Positions 36,971 to 47,237 of a stretch of DNA of 64,000 nucleotides are shown one piece after another. The DNA comes from Arenicellales bacterium (GTDB lineage Bacteria; Pseudomonadota; Gammaproteobacteria; Arenicellales; Poriferihabitantaceae). The position numbers were made by a program, and so were the translations under genes. Positions within the stretch are counted from its first letter, which is position 1, and each line of letters starts with the position of its first letter. The DNA is taken from assembly GCA_965231865.1 (NCBI GenBank), contig CBDDOJ010000001.1, forward strand, positions 509,359-573,358, in the 5' to 3' direction. A model generated the notes under the pieces. It ran no database searches. It saw only the letters and a list, made by a program, of their open reading frames with translations, and was not told the DNA's origin.

Positions 36971-39331
36971 GTGGATTTCACTACTGACCCTCTTCTGCCT
37001 CTCAAAACAGCCCCGCCGAAGATTGCCCTGGAAGAAATCAGGTCGGTTCTGGCGCAGCAGTATTCCCTGGATGGCGAACTGAAACCCCTCGGGGGAGAAT
37101 GTGATCAAAACCTGCTCCTTGAGAACGAGGCATCCCGGTACCTGGTAAAAATCGTCAATGCTTCCGTGCCCGATGGGTTGCTGGATCTGCAAACCCGGGC
37201 TTTGCTCCACATTGCGAATGGATACCGGGTCCCTCCCGTACAGAAACTCATTGCAGCCACCGATGGAAGGAGCTGGGTTTCCGGTAAGGACCAATGCGAA
37301 GAAAAATATCGCCTCAGGGTCTTTGATTATCTGGATGGTGTGGCGTTCTTTGAAACACCGGAAGACCCCCGGCTAATGAGGAATCTTGGCCGGTCGCTGG
37401 CCAGGCTTGATCTGTCGTTGAGAGGCTTCTTTCATTCTTCAGCAAAGTATATTTTTGCCTGGGATGTTCAAGGCGTGGACCAGATCTCCGGGCTGGCCGC
37501 ATACGTGGACGATGACAGATCAAGGGTGGCCATTGAACACTTTCTTGAGCATTTTACCGCCCGCATCAAGCCCGTGCTGCCCCGTTGCCGTGCCCAGATT
37601 ATTCACAACGATGTTTCATTTCATAACGTCCTGACGGACCCCGAAAATTCTGTCCGGATTGCCGGAATTTTTGATTTTGGGGACATGATTTTCGCACCGC
37701 TGATTCAGGAACTGGGGATCACTGCGGCCGAAGTGCCCGGAAGATGCACAGACCCATTGTCCCGGTGTGCTGAAATTGTTTCCGGCTATCATTCAATCGT
37801 TCCACTGGAGGACCTGGAATTCGAACTGTTACCCGCGATGATGACTGCCCGACTGGTGCAGAATCTGCTGATCAGCCATTGGTCGAGGAAGGAACTCCCG
37901 TGGAGCGACCGCCGATCCCATCTGGACGGTTGGGATGAAAAGGCACTGGCCATGTTCCGGCTGATGCAATCGACTGACCCCAGGGAACTGGTTTCCCGAC
38001 TCAAGGCCGCCTGCGGTTGCCCTGAAGGGGGTATCCAGGAGGCTGGCTTACCCGAATCTACCCGGTCCCTACTCGCCCGACGAGAGAAGTACCTGGGAAA
38101 CGGACGGTATATCGCGTATAAAAAGCCCCTCAATCTTGTCAGGGGAGAAGGGGTCTGGCTGCATGATCACAACGGAATGGCATATCTGGATGCCTACAAC
38201 AATGTCCCCCATGTCGGCCATTGCCATCCCAGGGTGGTGGCCGCAGTAGCAAAACAAACCGCCGCACTCAATGTCAATACACGCTATCTCTACGGCACAT
38301 TGACGGATTACGCGGAACAGATTGCGCAGACCCTTCCCCCGGGGCTGGATACCTGCTATTTCGTCTCATCCGGCAGTGAGGCCAATGATCTGGCATGGCG
38401 CCTGGCCAAGAACTGGACCGGCAACGATGGCGGGCTGGTATTGTCGAACGCCTACCATGGCATCACAGATGCCGTATACGATTTGTCTCCGGCGGAAAAA
38501 TACAATCCTGATGACATCAAATCCCACATCGCCGAACTGGACGCACCGGATGATTTCAGGGGTCCGTGGAAACGGGACAACCCGGAACGGGGCATTCTGT
38601 ACGCACGGTCCTGTGAAGCCGCGATCGCCCGACTGGCTGCCCGGGGACACCGGCCCGCTGCTTTTTTCATGGATATGATCATGAGCAGCAACGGGATCAT
38701 GCTGCCGCCTGCCGGGTACCTGGAAGAGGTATACAGGCTGGTCCGCGCAGCGGGGGGATTGTGTGTTGCCGATGAGGTTCAGTCCGGCTTCGGTCGGTTG
38801 GGCAAATCAATGTGGGGGTTTGAACTGGCTGACATTACACCGGATATCGTGACCTTTGGGAAATCCATTGCCGGCGGCTATCCCATGGGCCTGGTCGTAA
38901 CCCGACGGGAAATTTCCGAAAAGCTGGAGAAAACCTGTCAGTTTTTCAGCACGACCGGGGGCAACCCCGTTGCCTGTGCCGCCGCCAGTGCGGTCCTGAA
39001 CATCGTTATCGATGATAACCTGGTGCAGCATGCTGACCAGACGGGTCGCATGCTGATGCGCGGTATCCGGGATCTGGCCGAACAATCCCCCATCATCGGG
39101 GACGTTCGAGGCGGGGGCCTGTTCATTGGGGTGGATATCATCAAGGACCCGGTGACCCTGGAACCGGACCCGGCACAGGCGAGCGACCTTGTCAACGCCC
39201 TTCGTGACCGTGGTGTGCTGGTCGGGCTGGATGGAGTGAAACACAATGTATTGAAGGTTCGCCCTCCAATGGTGTTTCGTGCACAACATGTTCAACTGTT
39301 CCTAGACAGGCTGCAAAGCGCTTTACACTGA
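36971..39331 (+). CDS. Fusion protein: aminoglycoside-phosphotransferase-fold kinase (N) + class III PLP aminotransferase/phospho-lyase-like domain (C), 786 aa
   Basis: GTG start. Kinase motifs are IIHNDVSFHNVL and GIFDFGD. The aminotransferase domain begins at aa ~390 and has a PLP-lysine context VTFGKSIAGGYPMG. Confidence 0.8.
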   Translation: MDFTTDPLLPLKTAPPKIALEEIRSVLAQQYSLDGELKPLGGECDQNLLLENEASRYLVKIVNASVPDGLLDLQTRALLHIANGYRVPPVQKLIAATDGRSWVSGKDQCEEKYRLRVFDYLDGVAFFETPEDPRLMRNLGRSLARLDLSLRGFFHSSAKYIFAWDVQGVDQISGLAAYVDDDRSRVAIEHFLEHFTARIKPVLPRCRAQIIHNDVSFHNVLTDPENSVRIAGIFDFGDMIFAPLIQELGITAAEVPGRCTDPLSRCAEIVSGYHSIVPLEDLEFELLPAMMTARLVQNLLISHWSRKELPWSDRRSHLDGWDEKALAMFRLMQSTDPRELVSRLKAACGCPEGGIQEAGLPESTRSLLARREKYLGNGRYIAYKKPLNLVRGEGVWLHDHNGMAYLDAYNNVPHVGHCHPRVVAAVAKQTAALNVNTRYLYGTLTDYAEQIAQTLPPGLDTCYFVSSGSEANDLAWRLAKNWTGNDGGLVLSNAYHGITDAVYDLSPAEKYNPDDIKSHIAELDAPDDFRGPWKRDNPERGILYARSCEAAIARLAARGHRPAAFFMDMIMSSNGIMLPPAGYLEEVYRLVRAAGGLCVADEVQSGFGRLGKSMWGFELADITPDIVTFGKSIAGGYPMGLVVTRREISEKLEKTCQFFSTTGGNPVACAAASAVLNIVIDDNLVQHADQTGRMLMRGIRDLAEQSPIIGDVRGGGLFIGVDIIKDPVTLEPDPAQASDLVNALRDRGVLVGLDGVKHNVLKVRPPMVFRAQHVQLFLDRLQSALH

Positions 39332-39626
39332 CTGACTGCGCTGTCTTCCAGAATCAGCGAAACCAATCGGGGCACCTGGGCCGGTATCAGGCATCTGGAT
39401 CAGTAATCAATCGGTTCGGTTACGATAACCCGTCTACCGTGGAGACCGGGGTGTTTTTCGGGAAGTGGGGGGACCGGCCGTACCGGCGGATCTTCCGGGG
39501 AGTTCATTCGGACATCCCCTGCGGGATGCGCGAGTGCTGAATTCAGCACCGGCCGGTCCCCGGTTTTTCCGGACTGCGGGGCCAATGCACCACCGTATGA
39601 GTCAATGCCAAAGCCGTCCGACCGGA

Positions 39627-40367
39627 TCATGTTATGCAAAACCGAAGCAGGATCATGCCCCCTACCCCGAGCAATACCATGCCCATGGTCTTCTTCAAAA
39701 GTGGGGCAGGCACCCGGTGCACGGCCCCTGCTCCGATGAAAGCTCCTCCGGCCAGAACGACACCGATTGCCAATCCCAGGTTGAGATTCACTTCCCCATG
39801 GATCAGGTTTCCTGCAGTCGCCGTCAAGGCGATGGGAACCTGGATGACCTGGGACAAACCGATGCTGGTCAAGACCGGCACCCGGCGCCAAATCAGGAGC
39901 GGCACCAGCAGCACAGGGCCTCCCGTACCGGTCAGCGAGGAGCCGATTCCGGTAATGAATCCGAACAGGGACAGCGATGCGGCGGTCGGCAGGCTGGAAT
40001 GGTGCGTTCTGTGCGACCCCCCCAATGCATGCATTCCACAGAACAGAACCAGGCAGGCAATGGCGAATTCGAGAATCACCGAAGGAAAAAGCGGCAACAG
40101 GTAAGCTCCCAGATAAGCACCCGGTATGGCACTGGCGCACAAGGCAGTCGCCGGTTTCCAGTTCATGGTGCCATGTCGTGCGAAAACCACCGCAGCGACC
40201 GCCCCGGGAAAGAGATAGGCAAACATGCAGGCCGGAATCGCGGCATGGACCGATTCTCCATCCAGATAGGCCAGCGCAGGCACCAGCAATACCCCCCCAA
40301 CTCCCACACTGCCGATGAGCATTCCGACCACAAGAACCGTCAGTATCAGGATTGGGGAAAGCAGCAT
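39627..40367 (-). CDS. TauE/SafE (TSUP) family anion exporter
   Basis: 246-aa polytopic protein. The N-terminus is LIGSVGVGGVLLVPALAYL and there is an internal repeat ITGIGSSLTGTGGPVLLVPLL. Confidence 0.78.
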   Translation of the reverse strand: MLLSPILILTVLVVGMLIGSVGVGGVLLVPALAYLDGESVHAAIPACMFAYLFPGAVAAVVFARHGTMNWKPATALCASAIPGAYLGAYLLPLFPSVILEFAIACLVLFCGMHALGGSHRTHHSSLPTAASLSLFGFITGIGSSLTGTGGPVLLVPLLIWRRVPVLTSIGLSQVIQVPIALTATAGNLIHGEVNLNLGLAIGVVLAGGAFIGAGAVHRVPAPLLKKTMGMVLLGVGGMILLRFCIT

Positions 40368-40441
40368 AGCGGCCTTTATTTCATGGGTGCTGGAAAATTG
40401 CCGTTCGGTGAGCCATGCCGGCCCGGGACCGGAACCAGGGG

Positions 40442-41443
40442 CTACCGGTAGCTGGCCAGATACGCCGATCCTAGTTCTGCGGACACCCGGGCAAAGTGGG
40501 GTGCCAGTTCCCGGGGTTCAGGCGCTTCAATATGGCTTCCGATCCAGGCAAGCAGCGCCAGTCTGCGCAACATGATAAAGGTATCGATTTCACCGGCATC
40601 GAACTCGGGCAGGTCCCGAATCCTCCGGTATCCCCGGGTCCAGGACGCTTTCAATGCCGGCACCTGGATATGATCTTCCATAAAACTGATACTGGCGGCG
40701 AAATCATACAGATACCACCCCAGTCCACAATCGTCAAAATCGATTAACCGGGTACCTGCCCGGTCAATCAGGAGATTGGCAAGGCGCATATCAGCATGGA
40801 TCAATCCATATCTGTCCGCTCCAGTGCCGAAATCCGTCAACCGGGCGGTCACCGTGTTTTCCACCTGCTCCAGAACCTCCCGGATTTCAGGTGTGACATT
40901 GGGCCCATCCCGCCAGTTTCCCCAGGTAGGGTGGTTCCCAAACACCGTGTCGAGATTCCAGACCAGTCTCTCAAAGGGCTCGGGCCGCGGCCACTGCATG
41001 GAATGCAAATGCATGGTGGCTGCAATTTGCCCGAGTTCTTCAAATGAGCGAACCAGGCCCTGCCCTTCACCGGGTTCTTTTCCTTCGACAAAATGAAACA
41101 TCACCATATAGCGCGGATTGGGCAACCCGTCAACCATACCGGATTGAATAGGGTCCCCATTGCGCCCAATATAAAAGTCCGGCGTGATCACCCTTCCTTC
41201 CCGGGCGAGCGCCCTTGACCACTCCAGTTCACATTCAATCGCCCTGTGTGAATGGTAGTTCTCCCGATGAATCCTCAAAATGGATTTCCAGTGGCTGCCT
41301 TCAACCAGGTACGTCACATTTTCCGACACGTTGATCAGTTTCGCACTGGCGTCATCCGGAACGTCCCACAGGGAAAGGGATTGGTTCGCCAGTATTTCCA
41401 GATGCCCGAGAAGAACATCCATGGAGATGCCGCTATCTGCCAT
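40442..41443 (-). CDS. Phosphotransferase-family kinase (APH / homoserine kinase type II-like)
   Basis: Start moved to ATG 41443 with a GGAGAGA RBS. Motifs are LIHADMRLANLLI and RLIDFDDCG. Confidence 0.75.
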   Translation of the reverse strand: MADSGISMDVLLGHLEILANQSLSLWDVPDDASAKLINVSENVTYLVEGSHWKSILRIHRENYHSHRAIECELEWSRALAREGRVITPDFYIGRNGDPIQSGMVDGLPNPRYMVMFHFVEGKEPGEGQGLVRSFEELGQIAATMHLHSMQWPRPEPFERLVWNLDTVFGNHPTWGNWRDGPNVTPEIREVLEQVENTVTARLTDFGTGADRYGLIHADMRLANLLIDRAGTRLIDFDDCGLGWYLYDFAASISFMEDHIQVPALKASWTRGYRRIRDLPEFDAGEIDTFIMLRRLALLAWIGSHIEAPEPRELAPHFARVSAELGSAYLASYR

Positions 41444-41586
41444 TTTCTCTCCTGAATTCTGTTGTGTTGGTGGTGCAATGACCCAAAAAGATACCATTTT
41501 GTACCCTCTTGAGCAGGTTCAGCCGGTCATTGGTCACCCCTCGCATCACCTGACCTGCCCAATCCGCCCCTGTCCACGTTGCGGGA

Positions 41587-42936
41587 TCAATTTCCCCGGG
41601 TTTCCGGCGGCCTGTTATCCAGCTTCATATCCAGCCAATCCCGGGCTGTCAGGTAGCGGCCAATCATGGGGATAAACCAGCGCTGGTCACCATTGTAGAA
41701 CCTGCTTTGCGGAAATACTCCGTCGAACGGGCTGCTGTAAAGCCGGCTGGAAACGATCTTCCTGGCCACCTGGGTCCCCAGGTAAGTCATATTTGCAACC
41801 CCTGAACCGTTGCAGCCCAGGGCATAGTACAGTCCATCGAGCCGGCCATTGTGAAGCTCCTCATCCAGTGTCAGGGCCACATTGCCGGTCCAGGCATGGG
41901 TGATTTTTGTTTCCCGCAATGGTGGAAACCGCTTGATCATCAGGTCAAAAAGAAACGGGGCCATCTCATCCGGCTCGATGTCCACCCATTTTACCCGGCT
42001 GCCAAAAATCAGCCGCCTGTTGCCCGCGGGCCCGGACAAGCGGAAAAAAGGAGCGATTCGGGTGCTCTCGGCGAAACCATAATTTTCCGGACTCAGTGCT
42101 TCCGCGGCTTCTTCGTCCAGGATTTCTGTCGCAATAATATAGGCACGTATCGGGACTACCCGGCGCCTGAACTGGGGGGTTACCTCCGAGGTATAACCAT
42201 TGGTCGCGACAATAACGTGATTCGCCCACAGGGAACCGCGACTGGTTTGCAGCTGCCAGCCGGATCGGCTTTCCTGGATTTTCTCGACCTTTGCATGGGC
42301 ACATATGGTGACCTGGTGTCGCCTTTCCACCGCATCGAGCAAACCGCCGAAATACAGGGCAGGATGCAAATGCCCTCCCTGGTCCGTCAACAATCCGCCA
42401 TGATAATAATGGCTGCCAATCCCATGCCGGATGGAAACTTCGTCGAGAATCCGGGAATGAATACCCGCTGGCCTGGAGCCAACGGTCAGTTTCTTTTTCA
42501 TCCCCGCCAGATGTTTTCGGGTACAGGCAAGCTTGAGAAAACCGGTGGGACACCACTGACAGTCAATTTTTTCCTCCTGAATAATGGATTCAACCAGCTG
42601 CAGGCCCTCATTGGCGGCGATGACCATTTCATCGAAATGACGTTCTGTCGGCAGTGAAGTAACCAGGGGCACCTTGACCCCGCCCGGCCCGGCAACGATG
42701 CCGCCGGATCGGGTCGAGGCATGATCTCCAGGGTTTCCGCTATCCACAACGCAGCATTCCACGCCCTGTTTTCCCAATTCAAGCGCGGCGGAAAGGCCCG
42801 TATACCCGCCACCGATGATGGCGACAGCCGGGGTATTCGGCAAATCCTTTTTTGGATAGTTGGCCGGATTAAATGCCTCCCACCAAAATGGCCTGGACTT
42901 AAACTCCCGATGGAAGATGCCTTTCCGGCTTCCCAT
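41587..42936 (-). CDS. FAD-dependent oxidoreductase (DAO family)
   Basis: The N-terminal dinucleotide fold is VAIIGGGYTGLSAALEL. 449 aa. Confidence 0.8.
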   Translation of the reverse strand: MGSRKGIFHREFKSRPFWWEAFNPANYPKKDLPNTPAVAIIGGGYTGLSAALELGKQGVECCVVDSGNPGDHASTRSGGIVAGPGGVKVPLVTSLPTERHFDEMVIAANEGLQLVESIIQEEKIDCQWCPTGFLKLACTRKHLAGMKKKLTVGSRPAGIHSRILDEVSIRHGIGSHYYHGGLLTDQGGHLHPALYFGGLLDAVERRHQVTICAHAKVEKIQESRSGWQLQTSRGSLWANHVIVATNGYTSEVTPQFRRRVVPIRAYIIATEILDEEAAEALSPENYGFAESTRIAPFFRLSGPAGNRRLIFGSRVKWVDIEPDEMAPFLFDLMIKRFPPLRETKITHAWTGNVALTLDEELHNGRLDGLYYALGCNGSGVANMTYLGTQVARKIVSSRLYSSPFDGVFPQSRFYNGDQRWFIPMIGRYLTARDWLDMKLDNRPPETRGN

Positions 42937-43448
42937 TACCGATCCTGTACCCGTTGAAGGAGAACATCAGCAACCGTTCGATTGGCAACCGCAATACGGC
43001 GATCAGCCATCATAAACACCGAACCTCGTTTTGTGGAACACCGGTACCGCATCAGGTTGTCTGTTGATCGACTGGGGTATGCAACACCCGGAATGTTTGT
43101 TGATTTGCCATCTCTTTGCTGTCTATCCAATCCTGCCGTGGTCGAACACGGCAGTCCTTGTCCGGCTTCCGAGTTGAGACCGGTTGCTGACCAATAGTTT
43201 GCCAGAATAATGGATTACCCTTCCAACCTCAAGGGTCAGGGTTGTTCAGTGTTGGCAGCAAATAGAACGGTTCGCCATTGCGCAGACGGGTGGCATGAAG
43301 TATTCTGGAACGGGGGCGTGGCCTCAGCCAATTGATAACGACCCCCACTCCCAAAAGCAGAGTGGATGAATCCATCCAGCGAACCGTTTCCCAATCAGTT
43401 CGTTGCACGCTGATTCAAGCCCGACAGAAAACTGATAGAGAGAGAAAA

Positions 43449-44486
43449 ATGAAATTTCAGCTGGCCTACAATATGGAACGCAACAACAGCACAATCCCGA
43501 CCGAGGATGTGATGCGCCATTCACTGGAGATCATCCAGATGGCAGAGCGCGGGGGGTTCCATATTGTCTGGGCGGCGGAGCACCATGGATTGGAAATGAA
43601 TATCGCACCCAATCCTTTTCTGACACTGACGTGGTGGGCGAGCCACACGGATGTGATACGCCTGGGAACAGCCGTTGCGGTTGCCGCGTACTGGAATCCG
43701 ATCAATCTGGCCGGCGAGGCGGCCTTTTTGGATGTGATCAGCAATGGCCGCCTGGAATTTGGGCTCGGTTCGGGGGCATACCAACGGGAATTCGACCGAA
43801 TGCACCCCGGCCTCAAACAGCAGGATGCGTATCGTTACATGCAGGAAATGCTGCCGGTGGTCAAAGCACTTTGGGAGGGTGACCACGAGCACAGGGGCGA
43901 ATTCTGGTCCTTTCCGGCCACCACATCGGTCCCCAAACCCCTGCAAAAACCCCATCCCCCCGTCTGGATAGCGGCCAGGTCCCCCATTACATTTGACTAT
44001 GCGGTGGCAAACGGCTGCAACATTTTGTGCTGGCCCATGTCCCGCCCCATCGAAGAAGCCCGTCTTTACAAAACCCAGCTTGAGGAATCCATTGCCAAAG
44101 TACCCGGGAGCACCCGGCCGATTTTTGCAATGATGCGGCATACCGCGCTCTACGAAAACCCGTCAGGACGGGATTCCGCAGTCAGGGCGCTCCAGTACCA
44201 TATGGGACTGTTCGAGAACCTGTTTCGAAACCTCGACGATGTCATCAATGGGTTCCCGAAACGAATCCCTCTTGAGGACCTGGTGGAGCGTGAGCAATAT
44301 GATCCGCATATGCTGGAGGAAAACCTGATGTTCGGGTCCCCGGACCAGATCATTGCCAAGTTGAAACGGATGGAAGAACTGGGTGTCGATGAATTCATCT
44401 ATCTCGCAAGTATGGGCCAAAGCCAGGCAGAACAAAAAAAATCACTGGAACTGTTCTGCAACGAAGTCATCCCGGCATTCAGATAA
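43449..44486 (+). CDS. Luciferase-like (LLM) flavin-dependent monooxygenase/oxidoreductase
   Basis: Start moved to ATG 43449 (MKFQLAYNME...). The pattern HIVWAAEHHG...RLEFGLGSGAY is typical of the LLM class. Confidence 0.8.
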   Translation: MKFQLAYNMERNNSTIPTEDVMRHSLEIIQMAERGGFHIVWAAEHHGLEMNIAPNPFLTLTWWASHTDVIRLGTAVAVAAYWNPINLAGEAAFLDVISNGRLEFGLGSGAYQREFDRMHPGLKQQDAYRYMQEMLPVVKALWEGDHEHRGEFWSFPATTSVPKPLQKPHPPVWIAARSPITFDYAVANGCNILCWPMSRPIEEARLYKTQLEESIAKVPGSTRPIFAMMRHTALYENPSGRDSAVRALQYHMGLFENLFRNLDDVINGFPKRIPLEDLVEREQYDPHMLEENLMFGSPDQIIAKLKRMEELGVDEFIYLASMGQSQAEQKKSLELFCNEVIPAFR

Positions 44487-44496
44487 CATCACTGCC

Positions 44497-45285
44497 ATGT
44501 CCCGGTCGTCCCATGGCATCGCCTACCAGATGGCTGGACCGGATAATGCACCGGTCATCGCGTTAATCCACGGAATCGGGATGAATCGCCATATCTGGAG
44601 GGATTACGAGCCCGTACTGGCCCAGCACTATCGCGTATTCAGCTACGACCTGCCGGGTCACGGAGAAAGTGCTCCGCCTTCTGACCCACTATCGCTGAAC
44701 CTGCTTGCAAACCAGTTCAGGAACCTGATGGATGAGCTTGATGTACATCGCTGCACGGTCATCGGATTTTCAATGGGGGGAATGATCAACCGTCGATTCG
44801 CCATGGACTATCCGGAACGCACCGATGCCCTCGTCATCCTCAATTCCCCCCACGAACGAAGTCCCGAAGCACAACAACTGGTGGAGGACCGGGTCGCACG
44901 CACTGTCGAAGGCGGATCTGCTGCAACGATGCAGACCTCCCTGGAACGATGGTTTACGCCTGAATTCCTGTCTACCGGGGCTGAAACCGTCGATGAAGTC
45001 CGCAAATGGGTACTGGGCACCGATCCAGCCGCTTTCGCGCAGAGTCGGCAGATCCTGGCTGCCGGTGTCAGGGAACTGGTCCGGCCGGAGCCGCCGATTT
45101 CCGTCCCCACTTTGGTCATCACCTGCGAAAATGATCGCGGCAGCACCCCTGGGATGGCCCAGGATATCGCTTCGGACATCGCGGATGCCAACATCCTGGT
45201 TGTACCCGGACTTCAGCATCTGGGCCTGCTGGAACAGCCTGCACGGTTTCTCGGGCCCATGCTGAAATTTTTGCAGAAGTGTTAA
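44497..45285 (+). CDS. Alpha/beta-fold hydrolase
   Basis: Start moved to ATG 44497. The oxyanion region is VIALIHGIGMN and the nucleophile elbow is GFSMGG. Confidence 0.8.
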   Translation: MSRSSHGIAYQMAGPDNAPVIALIHGIGMNRHIWRDYEPVLAQHYRVFSYDLPGHGESAPPSDPLSLNLLANQFRNLMDELDVHRCTVIGFSMGGMINRRFAMDYPERTDALVILNSPHERSPEAQQLVEDRVARTVEGGSAATMQTSLERWFTPEFLSTGAETVDEVRKWVLGTDPAAFAQSRQILAAGVRELVRPEPPISVPTLVITCENDRGSTPGMAQDIASDIADANILVVPGLQHLGLLEQPARFLGPMLKFLQKC

Positions 45286-45316
45286 GCTAAGCCCTGTTTG
45301 CCATCAAGTTTTTTCA

Positions 45317-47014
45317 GTGCCCGATATGAAACAGTTGTCCGGCGGCCAGGCCGCTGTCAAGTCGCTGCAGACCGAAAATACAAAACATGTCTTCGGCCTG
45401 ATCGGTTCGGCTACCATGGAGATGTTCGACGCCCTGTATGATGCCCGGGATATCCGGTTCATCGGCGTTCACGACGAACGCACCGGCACCCACATGGCGG
45501 ACGGCTACGCCCGTGCCTCCGGCCATCCCGGGGTCATTATCGCTGGACAAAATGGTCCCGGTGCCACCAATCTCGTGACTGGACTGGCGCAGGCCCGAGC
45601 AGCCTTTTCGCCTGTGATTTCCATTGCCGGTTCGCTGTCTTCAGAACATATCTACCGGGATGCATTCCAGGAAGTCGACCAGCAATCGCTGTTTTTGCCC
45701 GTGACCAAAAAAACCTGGACGGTTACCCGGACCACCCGCATACCGGAAATGTTTCGCGAGGCTTTTCGCCTCGCAATGACCCCCCGCCGCGGCCCGGTAC
45801 AGCTTAATCTGCCGAGAGATGTTCTGGCCGATGTCGCGGAGTTTCCCCCATTCCAATCGCCCCAGAGGTACCGGTCACAAAGTGTACCGAGCGCATCGGC
45901 TGATGAAATCAGGCAGGCCGCCGAGATGCTCCGCCATGCAACAAGGCCGGTGATAATTGCCGGTGGGGGAATTAAAAATACCGGGGGATCTGAAGCCACC
46001 CTTGCCTTGGCGGAAACCCTGAATATACCGATCGCGACCGCACCGGGGCATGGAGATGCCATTCCGTTTGGGCATCGCCTGAACGCCGGACAAATGGGGC
46101 CGAGAGGCAATCCGGTTGCATCCCAACTGGCAAAGGAAGCGGACGTGATTCTGGCACTGGGCACACGATTGGGATTCAACTCCACCTTCTATTCCTACGA
46201 CCATATCAACGAACAGGCGAAAATCATTCAAGTCGAACTTGAGCCCACCGCAATCGGGCGCTATTTCCCCGTCGCACTGGGTATCTGGGCGGACGCCTCT
46301 TCCGCGGCAATACAGTTATCCCGGACTCTGGAAGATATGGACCTGCTGGACGACGTGACGGAATGGACTGAAAATTTTGTACACCGCCGGGCGGCCTATC
46401 TCGACAAACGGGATGAGGACGCGGCAATGGATATTCATCCGATCCAGCCCTCAGCGCTTTACAAAATACTTCGCAATGTGCTGCCGAAGAACACGGCTGT
46501 GACCATGGATGCGGGAACCTTGTGTCTGCAGGCAACGGATGCCCTGAATTACTGGGCACCCCAATCACTGTTTACCCCCCTGGATTTCGGTCTGGTGGGG
46601 TTCTCTTTTGCCTGCGGTCTCGGGGTAAAGCTCTCACGACCCGACTGCCCGGTAGTAAGCCTGATGGGAGATGGCGGGTTCGGCATGACGCTGTCCGAAT
46701 TAAGCACTGCGGTCGATCACAATATCCCTACCGTCACAATCGTCATGAACAATCAGTGCTGGGGAGCCGAAAAGGCGTATCAGCGTGATTTTTTTGGTGG
46801 GCGATATATCGGTGCCGATATCAGCAGCCCGCCTTTTGACAAGGTCGCCGAACTCTACGGAGCTGCCGGTTACCGTGTGGAAGCCGTGGAGCACATTGCC
46901 GATGCGGTGGAGTCTGCGTTACATTGCGGCAAACCCGCAGTGGTGGATGTGGCCATTGATCCCAATGCCCTTTACAGTTTTCGACGTGATTCGTTTCAGC
47001 ATCGGGGCGGATAG
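45317..47014 (+). CDS. Thiamine-diphosphate-dependent enzyme (acetolactate-synthase-like large subunit family)
   Basis: The N-terminal Pyr domain reads GLIGSATMEMFDAL...GQNGPGATNLVTGLA. The C-terminal ThDP motif is GDGGFGMTLSELSTAV...VMNN. An alternative ATG start lies at 45326. Confidence 0.85.
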   Translation: MPDMKQLSGGQAAVKSLQTENTKHVFGLIGSATMEMFDALYDARDIRFIGVHDERTGTHMADGYARASGHPGVIIAGQNGPGATNLVTGLAQARAAFSPVISIAGSLSSEHIYRDAFQEVDQQSLFLPVTKKTWTVTRTTRIPEMFREAFRLAMTPRRGPVQLNLPRDVLADVAEFPPFQSPQRYRSQSVPSASADEIRQAAEMLRHATRPVIIAGGGIKNTGGSEATLALAETLNIPIATAPGHGDAIPFGHRLNAGQMGPRGNPVASQLAKEADVILALGTRLGFNSTFYSYDHINEQAKIIQVELEPTAIGRYFPVALGIWADASSAAIQLSRTLEDMDLLDDVTEWTENFVHRRAAYLDKRDEDAAMDIHPIQPSALYKILRNVLPKNTAVTMDAGTLCLQATDALNYWAPQSLFTPLDFGLVGFSFACGLGVKLSRPDCPVVSLMGDGGFGMTLSELSTAVDHNIPTVTIVMNNQCWGAEKAYQRDFFGGRYIGADISSPPFDKVAELYGAAGYRVEAVEHIADAVESALHCGKPAVVDVAIDPNALYSFRRDSFQHRGG

Positions 47015-47237
47015 AAGGGAAGCTACCGATATAGCCTGCCATGTCTGCAACAACTTTCAAGGATGCTCGGCCGGAAGCCGTCGGCGGGTGACATCGGTCA
47101 TTCATCGCTATCCCCCTGACATGGCATGGCTTTTATTTGGCAAAGATATTCTTTGCCTGCGACAATGGATTCCTGGAATGCAGGATGGGTCCGACGACGT
47201 GCAATCATCCAATGACCAACCCGTAGCGGGGGAATAC

